Positions 59,089 through 64,000 of a DNA stretch of 64,000 bases are shown here, piece by piece. A program made the position numbers and the translations under genes. The notes under the pieces are model-generated. The model searched no databases. It saw nothing but the letters and a program-made list of their open reading frames with translations, and was not told where the DNA came from. How positions within the stretch are numbered: position 1 is the first letter of the stretch; every line of letters begins with the position of its first letter. The stretch is from Ruminococcus flavefaciens (GTDB taxonomy: Bacteria > Bacillota > Clostridia > Oscillospirales > Ruminococcaceae), in assembly GCA_023663905.1 (NCBI GenBank), contig JAMPGO010000001.1, forward strand, positions 452,601 through 516,600, read 5' to 3'.

Positions 59089-61938
59089 TTATATCTCATA
59101 GATTGTTACAGCTTTTTCAGAATCAGCCATAGCCTGTCTCGAGCCGATTATACAGAAGTTACCCTGTTTTTCCAGCGACGGCACAGCGGACAGCAAATCG
59201 CTGTATGTCATCGACAGAATATTTCTGCGCACCTGTTTTCTTTCGGCGAAATCAATTCCTCTGAACCAAAATATATCAGCTGTCGTACCGTATTCACCGT
59301 CGGATATAAGCGGTTCGCCTCTTGCAATCGTACTTATGATATACTGCGTAATATCGGGATTTTCTGCGCAGTATTCCTGCAAAAATTCAGCAGAATCCGC
59401 ATATATGCCGATACTTGCACAGGGTGAAGGGTCACGGAATGAATAGAACGCAGTTTCGCCGAGAGCGTTCGTTCCCGAGCCTGTGCCGTACGCTCCGCCC
59501 TTTACACGGACTTCATTCCAGAGATATTCGTATGTCATAATCGTGGAGAGAACATCCCAGAGCGCCTTGTCGTGATTCTTTTCGGCAAGGACTGCGCCTG
59601 TGTACGATACACCCGACGGAATAACTATACCCTGAGCTTCGGGAAATTCCATACCGAGTGCGGACAGTTCAAGCTCGCATTCAGGAATCTTTTCGCCCTC
59701 GGGAAGCGAATTTATCAGCGCTTCTATTGAAACGGATTCAGCGGAAGTGATACTTGCCGTCAGCCTTGCCTTGCAGAAAATACGCTCCGCAAGAGCCGTT
59801 ATAGCCTGTATGCTCTCCCCTTTCCTGTCGCCGTCAAGCTCACGGATAAACCTGTAGGATTCAAATCCGTTTATAAGCTCATTTACTGCCGATTCTGCTG
59901 ACATACCGCTTCTTGCACGTCGCATAGCAAAACGGTGACCGTCGGCAATAATATCCTGCCTGAGTTCCTCCTTGTCCTGACTGATTATCTCGTTCACAAC
60001 ATCGGGATTGTCATAGACGGTCTCGTTGAGTATCTCGCTTATAAGCTCCTGAGCTTCGGCAAGATTTCTCTCCAGAAAACGTGACTTCACGCTGAAATAC
60101 ACCTTGCACCTTTCAGGCGATTCGGGCTTGCTGAATGCGGATATATCGGTGCTGAGACTACCGAGAATGCCGATAACCTTTTCCTGAAGCACAGCACCCG
60201 AGCTTTTCTTTGTGGGCAGTTCAGAAATAAGCCTGTCAAGAAGCGAGAGCGTTTCGAGTTCCGAACGGCTGAGGTCGGAGACATCGAACCACAGATTCAC
60301 AGAAATAATACCCTTGTTTCTTGCAGGGTGACTGAGAATCTTAACGCCGTTGCAGTCGGATTCCAGCGTTCTGTAATCAATCGGATTTTCGTTGACTTCC
60401 GAGAGCGGAAGAACAGGTATTTCAGCAATATTTTCAGGAGAATCAGGTGTTTTCTGCCATTCGTCAAGCACATTGTTGAGTTCGATAAGCTCGGATTTTT
60501 CCTCGCCGTTCATACCTGCAAGAATGCTGTCAAGGCGCTCCTGCTCCTGCTTTTTCTGCTCTTCGCCGTAGGTGCGTGACGGAAGCATTCTGAGTTCCGC
60601 ACTGCCGTTTTCGTCAACAAGCCAGTTAGCAAGAAGCTGTTCAAAATATCCCGTATCAGCTTTTTCCCTTAGCAATACAAAAACATCTGCGCAGTCGATA
60701 TAAAGCAGAGGGTCACCGCCGTAGAGCCACGAGGACATAGCATCGATACAGCGTGTAAGTCCCTGCGGTTCTTCGGATTCACGGAAATTAAATTCCGCCC
60801 TGTTTATTGAGGCAAGCAGACTGTCTCTGCCTATGCCGTGCCTTGCAACATAATCGGCAATCGACCTGACATCGGCAACAATCCTGTCAACAGCGTCGTC
60901 GTTTACATTATTCAGCCTTAGTATACCAAAGGGCTGGGCAATGCCGTCGGAGATTGAAAGCTCCATATCAAGGCACAGACCTGTATCAAGCACAAGGCGC
61001 TTGAATAACGAATCGTTTGAGCCTGCAAGAGCCTCACAGAGTACGGAGTATGCGATTACCTTTTCACGCTCATCCCACGAAGCAAGCACTTTTCCTATGG
61101 CAATATGATTCTGATTTTCGCCCGATTCTTCGGGAGCTATCTCGTAATATTCAGAGCCGTACGCACTTACGGGAATATCCTGCAACGGAATCTCGGGAAG
61201 CCATTCGCTCTTATCGTATTCCGAAAGATAACCGTCAATAAGTTCAAGGACAGCTTCAATATCAACATCGCCGTCAAGCCAGAAATAGGAGTTGGAGGGA
61301 TGATAGAAGCGCTTGTGGGTATCAATAAACTGCTGATATGTCAGCTCAGGAATAGCCGACGGAAGTCCGCCGTACTCAAAGCGGTAGCAGTTATTCGGGA
61401 AAAGCATTCCCATAAGCTCTGATTCGATACGCTCGTGAACCGACGAAACAACACCCTTCATCTCGTTGAATACAACACCCTTGTACGACGGCACATCGCC
61501 TTCCGCACGGTACTCGATATGATGACCTTCCTGATAGAAGATATTGGGATTGGTGTATATTTCGGGCTTGAAAACAGCATCGAGGTAAACCTTTGTAAGA
61601 TTCATAAAATCGGCATTATTTCTGCTCGAAACAGGGAACATAGTCTTGTCGGGAAAAGTCATAGCGTTGAGAAAAGTATTCATCGAGCTTTTGAGCATAT
61701 AGAGGAACGGTTCTTTGACGGGGTAGTGTTCCGAACCGCCGAGAACGGAGTGTTCGAGTATATGAAAAACTCCTGTATCATCCTCCGGAACGGTCTTGAA
61801 TGAAACGGAGAACAGCTTGTTTTCCTCTTTGTTGTTGAGCCACGCAAGTCTCGCACCTGTCTTGTCGTGGCTCATCATAATAAATTCAGAACCGTTGACA
61901 TTTCGTGTATCAGTAACAGTAAATCCGTGCATATTCAT
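59089..61938 (-). CDS. M16C insulinase-family metallopeptidase (PreP/Cym1-like)
   Basis: HILEH inverted zinc motif, TFLNAMT.PDKT, GVVFNEMKG, FYHPSN, RVKGGAYG, SFRDP. Confidence 0.92.
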   Translation of the reverse strand: MNMHGFTVTDTRNVNGSEFIMMSHDKTGARLAWLNNKEENKLFSVSFKTVPEDDTGVFHILEHSVLGGSEHYPVKEPFLYMLKSSMNTFLNAMTFPDKTMFPVSSRNNADFMNLTKVYLDAVFKPEIYTNPNIFYQEGHHIEYRAEGDVPSYKGVVFNEMKGVVSSVHERIESELMGMLFPNNCYRFEYGGLPSAIPELTYQQFIDTHKRFYHPSNSYFWLDGDVDIEAVLELIDGYLSEYDKSEWLPEIPLQDIPVSAYGSEYYEIAPEESGENQNHIAIGKVLASWDEREKVIAYSVLCEALAGSNDSLFKRLVLDTGLCLDMELSISDGIAQPFGILRLNNVNDDAVDRIVADVRSIADYVARHGIGRDSLLASINRAEFNFRESEEPQGLTRCIDAMSSWLYGGDPLLYIDCADVFVLLREKADTGYFEQLLANWLVDENGSAELRMLPSRTYGEEQKKQEQERLDSILAGMNGEEKSELIELNNVLDEWQKTPDSPENIAEIPVLPLSEVNENPIDYRTLESDCNGVKILSHPARNKGIISVNLWFDVSDLSRSELETLSLLDRLISELPTKKSSGAVLQEKVIGILGSLSTDISAFSKPESPERCKVYFSVKSRFLERNLAEAQELISEILNETVYDNPDVVNEIISQDKEELRQDIIADGHRFAMRRARSGMSAESAVNELINGFESYRFIRELDGDRKGESIQAITALAERIFCKARLTASITSAESVSIEALINSLPEGEKIPECELELSALGMEFPEAQGIVIPSGVSYTGAVLAEKNHDKALWDVLSTIMTYEYLWNEVRVKGGAYGTGSGTNALGETAFYSFRDPSPCASIGIYADSAEFLQEYCAENPDITQYIISTIARGEPLISDGEYGTTADIFWFRGIDFAERKQVRRNILSMTYSDLLSAVPSLEKQGNFCIIGSRQAMADSEKAVTIYEI

Positions 61939-62011
61939 TTTATCACAATCCTCTCTGAAAATTTATTGAGTTGAAAATCAGGAGCAGAAATGCTCCTGAC
62001 CTGCTTGTATT

Positions 62012-62755
62012 TTAATCCCAGGAAGCATTACCGCCTGTTGAGTTGACAGAATAGTATAAGAGTATTCTTGAAGCGTCCTTTGAATTGATAACACCGTCTC
62101 TGTTGACATCCGCCTGTATACTCTGCCTTGAGCTGAACAGTGCCTCTGCGCCTGTTGAAAGACGTGAATATTCGCCCAGAACCTTTGAAGCGTCGGAAGC
62201 GTCAACAACTCCGTTGCCGTCAATATCGCCGAGCGTGATACCGTTGAGGTGAACGGCGATATTCTTTGTGGTGATGTTCTGCGAGACTATATCCCAGTCA
62301 TTTTCGGATTCCTTGTCGTCAACCGTAAAATTATAGACGTACTCAATATAGCTGTCGGGATTGTCATTCACGTCGGGAACAGTCAGCTCATCCGTAAAAG
62401 CCGACGATGTTATCTTATAATCTCCGCCTGTAATTTCCACGCTGAGCTTATAGTTCCTGTAATCGGCTTCAGAATTGTCTCTGCCCTCAATATCAAAGGC
62501 ATAGGAAGCTCCGCCGTTGAGATTCGCTCTGTAATACGGCTCATCCGTTACTTCGGGCGAATCAAAGGTAATAAGCACGTCGGCAACGGAATCTTCGGGT
62601 ACATTCAGCACAACAGCGCCGTTTACTTCATTTTCGTCAAATTCCTGATATACAGGCGACTGCTTCACATAGTCGTCGGCATAGGACAGAAGAGTTGCAG
62701 GAGCTGTCATAAAAGCCATTACAACGGCAAGTGAAATTAATCTGCAATGTTTCAT
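62012..62755 (-). CDS. Secreted dockerin-bearing protein with unknown N-terminal domain
   Basis: Signal peptide; GDIDGNGVVDASDAS.VL..Y...ADVNRDGVINSKDASRIL.YY. Confidence 0.85.
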   Translation of the reverse strand: MKHCRLISLAVVMAFMTAPATLLSYADDYVKQSPVYQEFDENEVNGAVVLNVPEDSVADVLITFDSPEVTDEPYYRANLNGGASYAFDIEGRDNSEADYRNYKLSVEITGGDYKITSSAFTDELTVPDVNDNPDSYIEYVYNFTVDDKESENDWDIVSQNITTKNIAVHLNGITLGDIDGNGVVDASDASKVLGEYSRLSTGAEALFSSRQSIQADVNRDGVINSKDASRILLYYSVNSTGGNASWD

Positions 62756-62779
62756 AAAATTTACCTCTATGTATTGAAA

Positions 62780-64000
62780 TTAGTTGTACTCTGCGCTGAC
62801 ATACTGTTTACGGACATAGCCCAAAGCTTCGAGAGCTTCATCGGAAACACCGCAGTAACCGTTGCAGGCATCGTAATTCAGCCACTTGTTATTGACATAT
62901 ACCTGATTCCAGAAATGCGGTCTGTCCGTACCGTCAGTTCCGTAGACAATACGTGCGTTGTATCCTGCCTGTTTGCTGAGGAGGTCGGTAAGTCCCGCAA
63001 AATAACAGCTTGTAATCAGGCGGTTGTCCATTGCATAGCCTGCAAAATAAGACCAGCCCTTTTCTTCAACCTGCTCCAGCGTTTTCGGCTCTTCACTCGT
63101 ATTGTACCTGTAATTGCTGTTCATATAGTTGTAAATCGTAGTCATATCGTTGCCGATTGTCTCGACTATAGTCCTTGCACGCTGTTGTACTTCCGAAAGC
63201 TGTGACGTGCCGGGCTGGGTCTTGTCAGGCTCAAGCTTGCCTGTGGAAGTATTGAAATAGTATCTCATACCGTCAATTTCCTGCCAGCCTGTCATCATAA
63301 TACCTGTTGACTTGTTGAAAAAGTACGTATCGCCGTCAATTTCCTGCATACCGAACTGCATAGTACCGTCCTCGGCGAAGTAATACTTGTTTCCGTCTAT
63401 AATAAGCCTGCCTGTCATCATAATTCCCGTGGTCGTGTTGAAATAATACTTCTTGCCGTCAATAAGAAGCCTTCCGCTCATCATTCTGCCATCCTCGGAG
63501 TTAAGACAGTATCTGTTTCCCTCAAATTCAGCCACACCACGAAGCATTCTGCCGTCCGTGCCGAAAATATATTTACTTCCGTCCTCGTCCTCAAAAATAA
63601 GGGACTGTGCGGAAAAATCATCGCCGAAATAATAGCAGTCCTCGCCGACATCGGTCTTGCCCTTTACAGCCCTGCCCTGCTCATCGGCATAATAAGTCCT
63701 GCCGTCAACAGTCTGCAAGCCTGTAAGAAGCACGCCCTTGTCGCTGAATATATAGGTTGTGCCGTCAATTTCTGTGATACCCGAAGCGTAGGTTGAATCC
63801 CTGTAGAAATAGCGCTTATTGTCGTTGATTTCAAGCCAGCCGTACTGCATTTTGCCTGTCTGTTCGCCGAAAAGATACTCAACACCGTCAATCTCGGCAA
63901 CGCTTGTACACATACCGTTTTCCTTGTCGGTATAGTAATAGCTTCCGCCCTGCTCAAATAGTCCGAACACAGCCTCAGCCGTCTCGGGATTATAATAATA
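62780..64000 (-). CDS. Cell-wall-binding repeat protein with C-terminal transglutaminase-like domain; 5' end off-window
   Basis: Many G...IDG..YYF...G.M.TG repeats; C-terminal SCYFAG, HFWN, NYDA triad. The frame is open to the window edge. Confidence 0.8.
   Translation of the reverse strand, partial: YYYNPETAEAVFGLFEQGGSYYYTDKENGMCTSVAEIDGVEYLFGEQTGKMQYGWLEINDNKRYFYRDSTYASGITEIDGTTYIFSDKGVLLTGLQTVDGRTYYADEQGRAVKGKTDVGEDCYYFGDDFSAQSLIFEDEDGSKYIFGTDGRMLRGVAEFEGNRYCLNSEDGRMMSGRLLIDGKKYYFNTTTGIMMTGRLIIDGNKYYFAEDGTMQFGMQEIDGDTYFFNKSTGIMMTGWQEIDGMRYYFNTSTGKLEPDKTQPGTSQLSEVQQRARTIVETIGNDMTTIYNYMNSNYRYNTSEEPKTLEQVEEKGWSYFAGYAMDNRLITSCYFAGLTDLLSKQAGYNARIVYGTDGTDRPHFWNQVYVNNKWLNYDACNGYCGVSDEALEALGYVRKQYVSAEYN

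Overview
Chromosomal window of a Ruminococcus flavefaciens-like clostridium (Oscillospiraceae), inferred from dockerin types, sigmaA promoters and gene content. Positions 1-~5290 are one end of an AT-rich integrative element at the 3' end of guaA. It carries an M.PvuII-like N4C methyltransferase (missed by the ORF track), an iteron-like intergenic tract, a duplicated 100-aa orphan gene interleaved with duplicated xis/int pieces, a tyrosine integrase, a MobC-like RHH protein and an apparently catalytically dead EcoRI-family methyltransferase homolog. The rest is core-like: guaA, lipase-TM1266-hydG, tRNA-Leu(TAG), a complete agrACBD quorum-sensing locus (agrD missed by the track), glgBCDA, spoIIE, flotillin, a NifU-like/GGGtGRT pair, hpf, FHA-rodA-pbp, topo IV-like parE/parC split by a DUF6688-like gene, tandem transglutaminase-like lipoproteins, ldh, hpt, a four-gene cytoplasmic phosphorelay, pheST, nnr, and a peptidase/dockerin cluster. 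The best leads are the pseudo-methyltransferase on the element, a promoter- and terminator-bounded ORF-less structured RNA at ~41960-42180, recurrent AUA start codons, and several structured leaders. All family assignments come from motif recognition by eye, not database searches.
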